DNA of 64,000 nucleotides from an uncultured delta proteobacterium (GTDB taxonomy: Bacteria; Desulfobacterota; Binatia; Binatales; Binataceae), in contig CAWJET010000002.1 of assembly GCA_963842085.1 (NCBI GenBank), positions 1,504,001 through 1,568,000 on the forward strand, in the 5' to 3' direction. The notes under the pieces were generated by a model. It ran no database searches and was not told where the DNA came from. It worked only from the letters and a program-made list of their open reading frames with translations. Every line of letters begins with the position of its first letter. Positions within the stretch are counted from its first letter, which is position 1. This document shows, piece by piece, positions 42,109 through 51,167 of this stretch. The position numbers and the translations under genes were made by a program.

Positions 42109-43440
42109 TCAACTCCTCGAGCAGCGCCTTGGCTCTTTCAAGTCGAGGGTGGTCGAAGCCTTCGGTGAAGCTTGCGACAGGAACGTGGGGGTTTTGCGAG
42201 ATCGAGATAGTATCGCGAATGCGCGCATTCCGTCGGTGAAGTATGGATCGCCTGTCAGGTTATGACGTGGTGCCATCGCCGGGGTGGGTTCGACGCCCGG
42301 GACGAAGCCGAGACGGGAGACGCGGCGGGAGGCCAGGAGATCGTCCAACACGTAGTCCCGCGCTTCATCGACGTTGGGATCGATCTGATGAGTCGTCAGG
42401 TTCCAGGTTTTAGGGGTCAAGCGCACGCCGATATCGCGGCTGACCTGGCCGATCCAGACCGGTTGGCCGTCATACCGAATCTTCGTGGTCCACAGCCGCA
42501 GGTGGAGGCGCTGGTTGAGGCTCTCGCGGGCGCGTTGTAGCGCGAAATCCTGCTGGCGTCCGCCGAGATACAGCGGGCTGACCGGGGAGTAGCGGTATTG
42601 CGACTCGAGCAGGAAGGCCTTCGCGGTTTTCCACGAGGTGCCGAGCGTGATCGACTCGGTCTCGTCCCAGCTGCTTCGGCATTCCTGGATGCTGGCGCGG
42701 TCGCCCACAATAACCAGATTGAGCGGGTCACCTTCTACGGTTCCACGCGCGTTACTGGTGCATCGCGGCTGCCATTCCATCCAAGCCTGAAGGGCAGCCT
42801 CGTCGAGTTCTTCGGCGTCAGCGGCCGGTTCCGCTTCCTCTGCCGGACGGCGCAGCGCAAGACCCGGCACCTCGACCGTGAACGTGAAGTCAATGGCGCG
42901 GCTCCGGCCAAGCAACCGTACGTCGATCCGTTTCACGCCTTCGTCCAACCGGGTGAACAGGAACCCAATGACTTTCTTCCCAGGCTCTAACACACCCGTC
43001 GGGAACCCCAACATGCCGAAGAGTTTGTTCATGCGCAGGTTCGCGCGCCGCGCGGACAGGAGCTTGAGCGGCACGAGTGGGAGGAGCGGAAGGAACAGCC
43101 ATCCGAGCACCCCGAACGCTACTAGTCGAGTGCCCATGGCGAAATGCGCGAGGTGAGCGGCCTCCAAAGGGGTGTAGTAGTCGGCGTCTAGTTGGATGCG
43201 ATCCAACCACAAAGGTTCCCGGCCGCCATTCGCTACCTCCAACCAGACCGCCTGCAACCGGTGACGCGCCAGCCGGATCCCAAATACCCGCTCGCTCTCC
43301 TGGTCGCTCGGCACCGCAACAGTGATCTCAACCGCTCCCTCGCCGCGAGTTTGTGCCCGCTCCAGGAACGCGCGCTCCTCGGGATGCGGCGAATAGTCTA
43401 TGGTCAGCCATCTCCGTGGCGAGAACACTCTCTCTGACAT
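42109..43440 (-). CDS. LssY C-terminal domain protein
   Basis: GDPLNLVIVG, YRYSPVSPLY, RLHLRLW, WIGQVSRDIG, THQIDPNVDEAR, NLTGDPYFTDG. Confidence 0.85.
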   Translation of the reverse strand: MSERVFSPRRWLTIDYSPHPEERAFLERAQTRGEGAVEITVAVPSDQESERVFGIRLARHRLQAVWLEVANGGREPLWLDRIQLDADYYTPLEAAHLAHFAMGTRLVAFGVLGWLFLPLLPLVPLKLLSARRANLRMNKLFGMLGFPTGVLEPGKKVIGFLFTRLDEGVKRIDVRLLGRSRAIDFTFTVEVPGLALRRPAEEAEPAADAEELDEAALQAWMEWQPRCTSNARGTVEGDPLNLVIVGDRASIQECRSSWDETESITLGTSWKTAKAFLLESQYRYSPVSPLYLGGRQQDFALQRARESLNQRLHLRLWTTKIRYDGQPVWIGQVSRDIGVRLTPKTWNLTTHQIDPNVDEARDYVLDDLLASRRVSRLGFVPGVEPTPAMAPRHNLTGDPYFTDGMRAFAILSRSRKTPTFLSQASPKASTTLDLKEPRRCSRS

Positions 43441-43527
43441 CTACTCTGTTTTCATCCAAGACGCCCGCAAACGGCAAACCCACTGTAGAGAACGATCAGC
43501 GGCGGATTCCCTGCGAGAACCGACCAC

Positions 43528-43593
43528 GCAGCCAGCGCCTCGAGCAATGCCTTGGCGTGCTTCAGGTCTGCCGCGCCAAGGCCCTCGGTGAAA
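43528..43593 (-). pseudogene. Scar of same cyclase/TPR C-terminus (copy 2)
   Basis: Minus strand FTEGLGAADLKHAKALLEALA. Confidence 0.6.
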
Positions 43594-43643
43594 GTCTTCT
43601 TCCGACCCTATTCCAACATAGTGGCGCCTTCCGCCGCCGCGGG

Positions 43644-44171
43644 CTAAGGCTTCGACATCAGATCTGCCTTCCCGGTGGCCAGATCTACCGGTACCGAGTT
43701 GTGCTCCTGGACGATCAGCCACTTGCCGTTGCTCTTCCGCAGGCAGTCAGTGGTCCGAACGACCATCTCCGCCTTGGTGCCATTCTTGTCGGTCGCGACC
43801 ATGTGGCTCACGTAATGTGCGAAGGCGAGCTTGCCGTCGGCAGTGATATCGAGGTCACTGATCTCATTGGTGAGCCCGCCGGCAGCGGAGGTCGCAAGGA
43901 AGCCCTCGTAGTCCTTGCGGTAGGCGGCCGCGCCGACGTACTGGCGCGGCGGGATGACGTCGAACACAAACAGATCTTCACCCGGGGCGTAGCACTGGAT
44001 GATCTTGTCGACATCTTTGGCGGCGATCGCCGCGGCCAGTCGCTCTTCCAGCGCCTGGATTTGAGCCTTGTCGGCCGAATCCGCTCCGGCATCAAATGCG
44101 TTACCCAGCATGACGACCGCAAAGGCTACTATCCCCAGGGTAAACAGCTTTATCGCGCGGCTTGAATTCAT
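43644..44171 (-). CDS. Secreted SnoaL/NTF2-like (YybH) protein
   Basis: Signal peptide; FVFDVIPP, RTTDCLRK..KWLIVQEHNSVPVD. Confidence 0.85.
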   Translation of the reverse strand: MNSSRAIKLFTLGIVAFAVVMLGNAFDAGADSADKAQIQALEERLAAAIAAKDVDKIIQCYAPGEDLFVFDVIPPRQYVGAAAYRKDYEGFLATSAAGGLTNEISDLDITADGKLAFAHYVSHMVATDKNGTKAEMVVRTTDCLRKSNGKWLIVQEHNSVPVDLATGKADLMSKP

Positions 44172-44370
44172 ACACCTATTCCTTTTTTGGTTCATGCCTA
44201 CCGGTCTCCCTCGCAGGTACGGGACCTTAGCGTTGCATGGGTGTGCAGGCAGTGAACAGTTGATTCCCACTCACGGGGTGCCCGTATCTCTCACGGCGGT
44301 GCGCGGAAGTCAATGCTGCGGGGCGACGGCGATGATTTTATAACGAAACGAGGGGCGGGAATCGTTGGAC

Positions 44371-44512
44371 CTAGCTTCGGTGATCCAATTCGACCAATAA
44401 GGCCTTCGCCTCCTTCAGATCGGCGGTGTCGAAGCCCTCGGTAAACCAGTAGTAGATTTCGGCGAGCATCGCGCGTCGTCGTCGCGGCAGCCGGTATCGC
44501 TCAGCAACCGCG
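44371..44512 (-). pseudogene. Scar of same cyclase/TPR C-terminus (copy 3)
   Basis: [12 protein letters not shown], frameshift, [34 protein letters not shown]. Confidence 0.75.
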
Positions 44513-44671
44513 CCACCGGCCTTGCCGACGACCTCTGAGACGTTGTCCCATTTACCGCGCTTTTCGCGGTCGCCACTATCGTCTTCATGAGGCGGTTGAA
44601 ATTCGTCGTGAAATTCATATCGGATGGTGACAGACAGCGCGGAGATCGTTGAGCAGGACCACCATGCTCAA

Positions 44672-44715
44672 TGCTTGGTCGTCTTGCTTGCCGCGGCGAG
44701 CAAGACGACCAAGCA
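44672..44715. terminator. Long perfect hairpin downstream of the ddn-like gene
   Basis: tgcttggtcgtcttgct-N10-agcaagacgaccaagca, 17-bp perfect stem; no clear U tract, so terminator role is uncertain. Confidence 0.5.
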
Positions 44716-44750
44716 CTCGAGAACCTCGCGGCAGCGGAAAGGCTTTCGGA

Positions 44751-45176
44751 TCAGACCGTGGCCAGCTCAACCAGCTGAATGGTACGGCTGGTCCTTTTCT
44801 GGTACTCCGCGTATGCGGGGTACATGGCAACCAGCCTTGGCCACATCTCTTGTCTTTCTTCAGGTGCGAGGGTGCGGGCGCGGTAGGCGCCGCGCACCCA
44901 CCGTCGCTCTACTGTCACCTCGGGATTCGCCACCAGGTTCAAATACCAATCAGGGGCCTTGTCGCTGCCGCCGAATGACGCCACCACATAGAGCTTGCCG
45001 TCGCGTTCCAGGTACAGCAGCGGCTTGGAGATCTCGCGCCCGCTCTTGCGCCCGTGCACCGTGAGCACCAAGGTATTCCAGTTCAGAGGCGACCATCCGT
45101 CGACTAATCGATAGAACGCCACATGCATGCTGCTGAACCATCGCGCGAACGTAAGCGTCATCGGATCTGTCTTCAT
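44751..45176 (-). CDS. Deazaflavin (F420)-dependent nitroreductase / quinone reductase (Ddn family)
   Basis: LTVHGRKSG, VASFGG, PDWYLNLVANP, YAEYQKRTSRTI. Confidence 0.9.
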   Translation of the reverse strand: MKTDPMTLTFARWFSSMHVAFYRLVDGWSPLNWNTLVLTVHGRKSGREISKPLLYLERDGKLYVVASFGGSDKAPDWYLNLVANPEVTVERRWVRGAYRARTLAPEERQEMWPRLVAMYPAYAEYQKRTSRTIQLVELATV

Positions 45177-45336
45177 GCTCGCACCTTCCGAGTGCAGGCC
45201 ACGGAGGACTTTGCTTGCCGACTAAAGGCTAAATCCGCGTCCCGCTTGCCGCAATAACGCGCTCCTTTCCGCTCAGGCGATTAGACGACGTGATCGCCTC
45301 TCACTGAACTTGCCAATGCAGTCGTCTGGCGCCGAG

Positions 45337-45864
45337 TTACTTCTTCGGCGCGATATCGATTTGCTCGTCGAGGCCCATCCCTTTAATCGATGCCTCGAAG
45401 CGCTCCTGCATGCGCGCGTCATCGTCGTTGAGCTCGCGCGTGTAGCAACAATACTCGAGCTGCATGCCATTGGGATCCTTGAAGTAGATGGATTTCGCCC
45501 AGTCGTGATCGACGATTTCGCTGACCTTGACGCCCTTGGCGAGCAACTCTTCACGTTTCTGTTCGAGCCCCGGCAGGCTGCCGGTTTCGAACGCGAAATG
45601 ATAGAAGGCGCTCGGCACGCCGAGGCCGCGATTGATGCCCGCATCGTATTCGGCGGGAACGCCGGGGACGCCGCGCGCTTCCATGAAGGCGAGCAACTGA
45701 TCGCGTCCGGTATCGAAAAAGATGTGGCGAATCTTGCCGCCCTCCTTCACCGCGATAGTGTCGCAGCGCACCGGCTTGAAGCCGAGCACGCCCTCGTAGA
45801 ACTCGCGAGTCTTGTCGAGGTCCAGCGTCGAGAGTCCGATGTGAGAGAATCCCTTATGCGCCAT
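45337..45864 (-). CDS. VOC/glyoxalase family protein
   Basis: SHIGL, FYEGVLG, YHFAF, SIYFKDPNGMQLE. Confidence 0.9.
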   Translation of the reverse strand: MAHKGFSHIGLSTLDLDKTREFYEGVLGFKPVRCDTIAVKEGGKIRHIFFDTGRDQLLAFMEARGVPGVPAEYDAGINRGLGVPSAFYHFAFETGSLPGLEQKREELLAKGVKVSEIVDHDWAKSIYFKDPNGMQLEYCCYTRELNDDDARMQERFEASIKGMGLDEQIDIAPKK

Positions 45865-46101
45865 TAGCAACTGGCCTCCTCACAGGATTTGCCCAGCTTG
45901 TAACATTTGTGCATTCGTTTAGTCGAGGCCGTCTGCGCGATGGCCACGCAACAGGGAATTCGCAGGGTGGAGCAGGGAAATTCATTCGGCGGGCGGCGCG
46001 GTGCGAAACTCTTGTGTTTTCGGCGTCGATGGAGTTTTCAGGAGGCATAGGTTCAACGTTCATTATGATCGTCTATGATGGAAACCGCCGGGAAATAGCC
46101 T

Positions 46102-47247
46102 ATGACAGGCGAAACGCGATTTGAAATGAGCGCAAGGATGACGCCGCTGGAACGCGTACACATTGGTCTGATTGGTTGCGGGCGCATCGCCAGCCTGCAG
46201 GTCCTGGGCTATCGCGATCACTCGCGCGCGGAACTGACCGCAATCTGTGACAACGACGAAGCGCTGCTAGGTCAGCGACAGCAGGAGTGGCAACCAAAGA
46301 AGACGTATCGTGACTATCACCAGCTTCTCGCTGACCCCGACGTGAACGCCGTGGAGATCCTGACACCACACCACTTGCATCGGGAGGTCGCCATCGCCGC
46401 GTTGCAAGCAGGCAAGCATGTGTCGTTGCAGAAGCCGCCGGCGTTGACGCTCCGCGAACTCGACGACGTGAATGAAGCGGCGAAAGGTGCGGGACGCCGG
46501 CTGCGTGTCTTCGAGCACTTCATGTACTATCCGCCGCACGTCAAGGCGCGCGCGCTGGTCCAGGAAGGCGCAATCGGTGAGCCCATCTCGGTGCGTATCA
46601 AGACGGCGGCCGGACGTTTCGATGACGGCTGGCGGGTGCCGGCAACGTCGCTAGCGTGGCGGATGAATCCGGAAACCTGCGGTGGCGGCCCAACCTGTTT
46701 CGACCATGGCTACCATTGCTACAACATGGCGCGCTTCTTCGTCGCCGAGCCGGTCGAACGCGTGCACGCGTGGATTCACGTCAACCGGTTTGGGTCGGAC
46801 GCTTTCTACGACGGGCCCGCTTTGATCACTTGGAAGTACGCCGGCGTACCCAAGTTCGGCAGCTGGGAAGTCATCGCGTCGGTGGGCATGCGGGTACGCT
46901 CGAAGTACTACGCCAGTGACGACCGCATCGAAATCCACGGGACCGAGGGCATCATCTGGATTAACCGCTGTACCGGTTCTCTGCTCGACGAGCCTGCGCT
47001 GGTCCTGTATCGGGACGGCGAGACGCGCGCCTGGCACGACATTCCAAACGACTGGTCGGAAAGTTTTCGCCTCGGCGTGCATGATTTCATCGACGCGTTG
47101 ATTGAAGGCCGCCAACCGCCACAGGATGCCGACGATGCAGCGGCAACGCTCGGCTTCGCCATCGCCGCCCACGTCTCGGCCTGCGAGCACCGCGAAGTGT
47201 GTCTCGACGAGATCGGGCCGGACACCAGAGCACGACTCCCGATCTGA
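46102..47247 (+). CDS. Gfo/Idh/MocA family oxidoreductase
   Basis: IGCGRIA, TPHHLH, AGKHVSLQKP, DHGYH. Confidence 0.9.
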   Translation: MTGETRFEMSARMTPLERVHIGLIGCGRIASLQVLGYRDHSRAELTAICDNDEALLGQRQQEWQPKKTYRDYHQLLADPDVNAVEILTPHHLHREVAIAALQAGKHVSLQKPPALTLRELDDVNEAAKGAGRRLRVFEHFMYYPPHVKARALVQEGAIGEPISVRIKTAAGRFDDGWRVPATSLAWRMNPETCGGGPTCFDHGYHCYNMARFFVAEPVERVHAWIHVNRFGSDAFYDGPALITWKYAGVPKFGSWEVIASVGMRVRSKYYASDDRIEIHGTEGIIWINRCTGSLLDEPALVLYRDGETRAWHDIPNDWSESFRLGVHDFIDALIEGRQPPQDADDAAATLGFAIAAHVSACEHREVCLDEIGPDTRARLPI

Positions 47248-47421
47248 CTTGCTCTCAGTCCCGAAAACTGATCCCCAATCGGTTCCTGAAGCGAAGAACG
47301 CGCGAACGTGATCCGCATAGTCACGCGATCTCCGTTGTGTGGTCCCTTGGAGGCTAAAGATCTTCCCATGCAGAACTTAGCATGCAGGCGCGCCGTTGGC
47401 CCCAGGCGTTTGGCCCCCGCG

Positions 47422-48927
47422 TTATGCGGCCTCGGGATGCGCTCCCGGTTCGACGGCGACTGCGGCAGGTCCGAGATGCTTCTTCGCCGCCAGCGCGAGC
47501 TCCTCGAATGCCTGACCGACGTAGAACTTCATCGTTTCGATATCGGGCATCATGTCCGACGCGGCCATCATCGACAAATAGAGACCCCGATTGTAGGAAG
47601 CGATCACGACGCCGTAGCTGAGATTTCCGCCTAGCGGGATCATTCCGACGTAGTCGAGCATTCGATGACCGGCCAAATAAACCGGGATGCGCGGTCCGGC
47701 GACGTTGGTAGCGATAAAGTTGATGGCTGCGACGCGCGGCGCCAGCATCCGCACGATGTTCGGTGCGCGAGTGGCGAACCGCGCGGCGGCATCGATGGCG
47801 CGGGTTGCGATGTTAGAGACGAGCCCCATAGCAGCAGGCTGAACCAGGTCGGCGGCCGTCATCAGAAGATCCGCACCCTGCGCTTCTTTCGACGCCTTGA
47901 TGCGTCGGGTCTCACTGCAGATCGATTTAAGCCGCGCGACGGGGTCCATTGGCCGGGCGCTCGTCTCGGGGACCATCATCGAGACGCGATTGCCGAGGGT
48001 GCCCATCTCGTCCTCGCTGCGAACGCTGACCGGGCATCCGATGCGCAACCGGACGCGGCGCGTGTCGCGCTTGTGATGGCGCAAGTAGCGGGCAGCGCCT
48101 TCGGCAAGTGCTGCGAGCGCCACGTCGTTCACGGTGCCGCCGACCGCAGTGCGAATCGAGCGCACATCGTCGAGTGGAAAGCGCAGCCACGCCATCGAAC
48201 GAGACCGCGTCACGATTCCTTCGTTCCACGGTGCGAGGATCGTCGGCCGAAGCATCGTGCCGATCGCGCCACGGATCGCGCTGGACGCCAATGGGATCAT
48301 GGCACGAGCGCTCGAAGGCCTCAGGATACGGCGTAACGCCTTGCGCTGCATCGATGCGAGATCGTACGCCGCTTCGATGAGCCGCTTGGTGGCATTGGGC
48401 AATGGCTTCGGTTCAGGAAGTTCAACCTGCGCAGGCGCCGGCGCATCGCGACGCGAATCCAGCATCGTGTTCAATGTCTCTGCCCACGAAACGCCATCAA
48501 CGATGCAATGATGGATTCGCCACAGCACTGCCGAGCGTTCCCCTTCCAGTCCGGTGAACAGATGCATCTCCCACAGCGGGCGCCCTCGATCCATCGGCGG
48601 TTCGAAGATACGAAGCGCCGCGGCATGCAGCGCGGCCTCGTTGCTGTCGTTGGAAAGCGCCTGATGAAAAAGATGATTGTCGATTTTGAAATCCGGATCG
48701 TCGTCGATTTCGGGATGCGCGAGGTGCAGCGGCGCAAACACCAGGCGCTGGAGGAAGCGCGGGAGCAGCGGGAGTCGGCGCTCCATGTATTCGCGCAGGT
48801 CTGCGAAATCGATCGAACCTTCGAATGTCGCGAGTCCTGAAAAATGGAGCGGCGCAGCTTCGGATTCGCCGTACAGAAACGACGCATCCTGCGTAGTCAG
48901 TCGGTGCGAAAGTTTTGCGGGTTGCAT
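47422..48927 (-). CDS. Wax ester synthase / diacylglycerol acyltransferase
   Basis: QDASFL, DRGRPLWE, catalytic HHCIVDG, TVNDV, LGNRVS, TNVAGP. Confidence 0.93.
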   Translation of the reverse strand: MQPAKLSHRLTTQDASFLYGESEAAPLHFSGLATFEGSIDFADLREYMERRLPLLPRFLQRLVFAPLHLAHPEIDDDPDFKIDNHLFHQALSNDSNEAALHAAALRIFEPPMDRGRPLWEMHLFTGLEGERSAVLWRIHHCIVDGVSWAETLNTMLDSRRDAPAPAQVELPEPKPLPNATKRLIEAAYDLASMQRKALRRILRPSSARAMIPLASSAIRGAIGTMLRPTILAPWNEGIVTRSRSMAWLRFPLDDVRSIRTAVGGTVNDVALAALAEGAARYLRHHKRDTRRVRLRIGCPVSVRSEDEMGTLGNRVSMMVPETSARPMDPVARLKSICSETRRIKASKEAQGADLLMTAADLVQPAAMGLVSNIATRAIDAAARFATRAPNIVRMLAPRVAAINFIATNVAGPRIPVYLAGHRMLDYVGMIPLGGNLSYGVVIASYNRGLYLSMMAASDMMPDIETMKFYVGQAFEELALAAKKHLGPAAVAVEPGAHPEAA

Positions 48928-48972
48928 AAAATGCCTCTATGCGGATTGCCGATAGTCGTTCCCGTCATCGTG

Positions 48973-50034
48973 TCAGTCGTGCTCTGAGAGCCATCGGCTA
49001 ATTTCAGGCCACAGTTTCTGCAGCGCTGGTCCGCTGACAGCCGCGCCAATATGTCCTGTCGGAAACGTCAGATTGCGCCGGTCTTGCGAACTGACGAAGT
49101 CGGGCAGCGGCAGGCTCGCCTTAGGGTGGACCACGTCATCAAGTTCCGCCACCACGTTCAGCAACGGGCACTCGATGCTCTTCACGTCGGCATGGCGGCC
49201 GCCAACGATCATCTGGTTGCGATAGAGCTTGTTCTCGCGCCCGAGACTGGTGACCTCGCGAAAAATTTGTCCAGCGAGCGGAACGTCGCTGGTCATCCAG
49301 CGCTCGAACAACTCGAACATCTCTCCGTAGCCGGGCCGCGCTGCGTTCCGATAGCGCCCGACGTACTTGTCGAGCAGATGATGGATGGGCGATATCGCGA
49401 GGAAGCCCGAATTGATCATCGACGCAGGCACGTTGCCGTGGATTGCGACCAGCGTCTCGGCCGCATCGACGCTCATCCAGTCCATCATATGCGTCATCGG
49501 CAACTCTCTGACGCTCATGTCGAACGGAATCGTGAGCGTGACAAGGTTCTTCACCTCGTCTCTATGGAGCGCCGTATAGATCAGTGCGAGCAACGCGCCG
49601 AAGCAATAGCCGAGCACGGAAATCTGGCCGTCTCCGTGATGCATCCGGACCGCGCGAGCGGCGTTGGCGACGTCGCGATTGGCGTAGGCATCGAATCCGC
49701 GCCAGGAATCTTCCGGACCCGGAGGAATCCAGTCGATCAGGTAAAGGTCAAATCCCTGATTGACCAGAACCTCGATAACGCTGCGCCCGGGCTGCAGATC
49801 GAGGATGAAGGGGCGCTTGATGAGCGCATAGACCAGCAGCAGCGGCGTGTGATGTCGCACGATCCCGCGTGCCGCGTAATACCGAAGCTTCACCATCCCG
49901 CCCTCATAGATGACGGTTGAGGGTGTCGCAGGCGGCGGATCATTCTCGGGAGCGCCAAAGCCACTGCGGTAGGCGTCGAGCGCGTGAATTGCCCCGTCGG
50001 CAATATATCCGGTTACTTCGCTAATGAGAGACAT
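48973..50034 (-). CDS. phaC: Class III/IV-type PHA synthase
   Basis: PLLLVYALIKRPFILDLQPGRS, lipase box GYCFG, DDVV, TGHIG; 353 aa. Confidence 0.88.
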   Translation of the reverse strand: MSLISEVTGYIADGAIHALDAYRSGFGAPENDPPPATPSTVIYEGGMVKLRYYAARGIVRHHTPLLLVYALIKRPFILDLQPGRSVIEVLVNQGFDLYLIDWIPPGPEDSWRGFDAYANRDVANAARAVRMHHGDGQISVLGYCFGALLALIYTALHRDEVKNLVTLTIPFDMSVRELPMTHMMDWMSVDAAETLVAIHGNVPASMINSGFLAISPIHHLLDKYVGRYRNAARPGYGEMFELFERWMTSDVPLAGQIFREVTSLGRENKLYRNQMIVGGRHADVKSIECPLLNVVAELDDVVHPKASLPLPDFVSSQDRRNLTFPTGHIGAAVSGPALQKLWPEISRWLSEHD

Positions 50035-50539
50035 AGCGCTTCACCTCGGCGCCGACTGGTTCGATCGTCGGGGACAAGCGGGCCATTTGTCCCGCAGCAT
50101 TGGCGCGCGGCCACACTCGGTCGAATCTCGCGTCGTGGCTCGCCTCGATTCCGAAGGTGCCCTGCTGGGCTTGTTCGCGGATCGAATCGATCTTGTCGGC
50201 AAGGCGACGTATCTCCGATGCGGTCGCCAGCCCGACCGCGGGCCACAACGCCGAGAAGAGCGCGCCGGACACGGCATCCGCAAGCCGTTGAAATTTCAGG
50301 GAAACGTCGATCGCGCGGCCTGCCACACGACCAACTCGCGGGCTGGTGTACACGCGATTGGTCAGATCGGTGGCGATCGCGACGCCTGCGTCATAGGCCT
50401 TCCATCCCGCCGCCCACAGCTCCTTATCAGAGCCGGGACTGTTGAATAGCCGTGGGATCGCCAACAGCGGCAGGTCGATCAGCGTGGCGGCGGCGAGGTC
50501 ACGGACGGCATCGACGAGCTCGGAATTCTTTTGTGCCAT
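50021..50539 (-). CDS. Putative PhaE/PhaR-like synthase partner subunit
   Basis: AGGAGG RBS; overlaps phaC start; GLATASEIRRLADKIDSI resembles the PhaE C-terminal helix. Confidence 0.5.
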   Translation of the reverse strand: MAQKNSELVDAVRDLAAATLIDLPLLAIPRLFNSPGSDKELWAAGWKAYDAGVAIATDLTNRVYTSPRVGRVAGRAIDVSLKFQRLADAVSGALFSALWPAVGLATASEIRRLADKIDSIREQAQQGTFGIEASHDARFDRVWPRANAAGQMARLSPTIEPVGAEVKRYVSH

Positions 50540-50697
50540 CGCAACACCTCCTGTGCAGGCGAACTCTCTCACCCTGCGGACTTGACGAAGTTCAGAAAAC
50601 GCAACCCATGCCGTCGTTGATGCGGTGGAGTCGGTGCGCGGCGGCATCCACGGATGCTCATTTAGTCACCTGACGCGAACAGTTGCCGGGATGGCAC

Positions 50698-50712
50698 GCA
50701 AGTAGGGTGCCA
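50698..50712 (-). promoter_or_regulatory. Putative sigma54 -24/-12 promoter
   Basis: Minus strand TGGCACCCTACTTGC, near consensus, about 160 nt upstream of 50539. Confidence 0.7.
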
Positions 50713-50782
50713 GTTGGCTATGTAGAGTAAACGCGAAGTCTTGCGATCGAGAGTGTAGCGGAAAGTCTCAATTGCTTGTGAG

Positions 50783-50960
50783 ATGGCGCCAACGGCGGCA
50801 TCCGAAGCGGTTCACGAAGAGCCAATCGGGCGGTTGGTCGCGTGGGGAGAGCCGAGGAGCGACCTCCGCGCGCTTGCCGCCGTCGGATCGCGTGCCCAGA
50901 AAGAGGCGAGTGTCGTCGACTGGTCCCGACCTCGACGTCCTAATCGTCACGACCAAGTCG
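50783..50960 (+). pseudogene. Nucleotidyltransferase (AadK-like) N-terminal remnant
   Basis: RLVAWGEPRSDLRALAAVGSRA..DWS, +1 shift, DLDVLIVTT (GS..DxD motif). Confidence 0.55.
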
Positions 50961-51167
50961 GGGCGGGGTATCAGATCCAAAGTCCGAGTCTCAAAGAACG
51001 GAAAACAATCGGGCGGGAACCCGGTTCCACCGTTGTCCCTTTTCAAACCTTGATACTTGCGGATTCATTTGTGGCTTCGAGCGACTGGCGATAGCCTGCC
51101 TTGACGAAAAGTCTAGAGCTTAGGGAGCTTTCGGAGTTTTGGTAACCACCGCTATCCGCGACGCACA

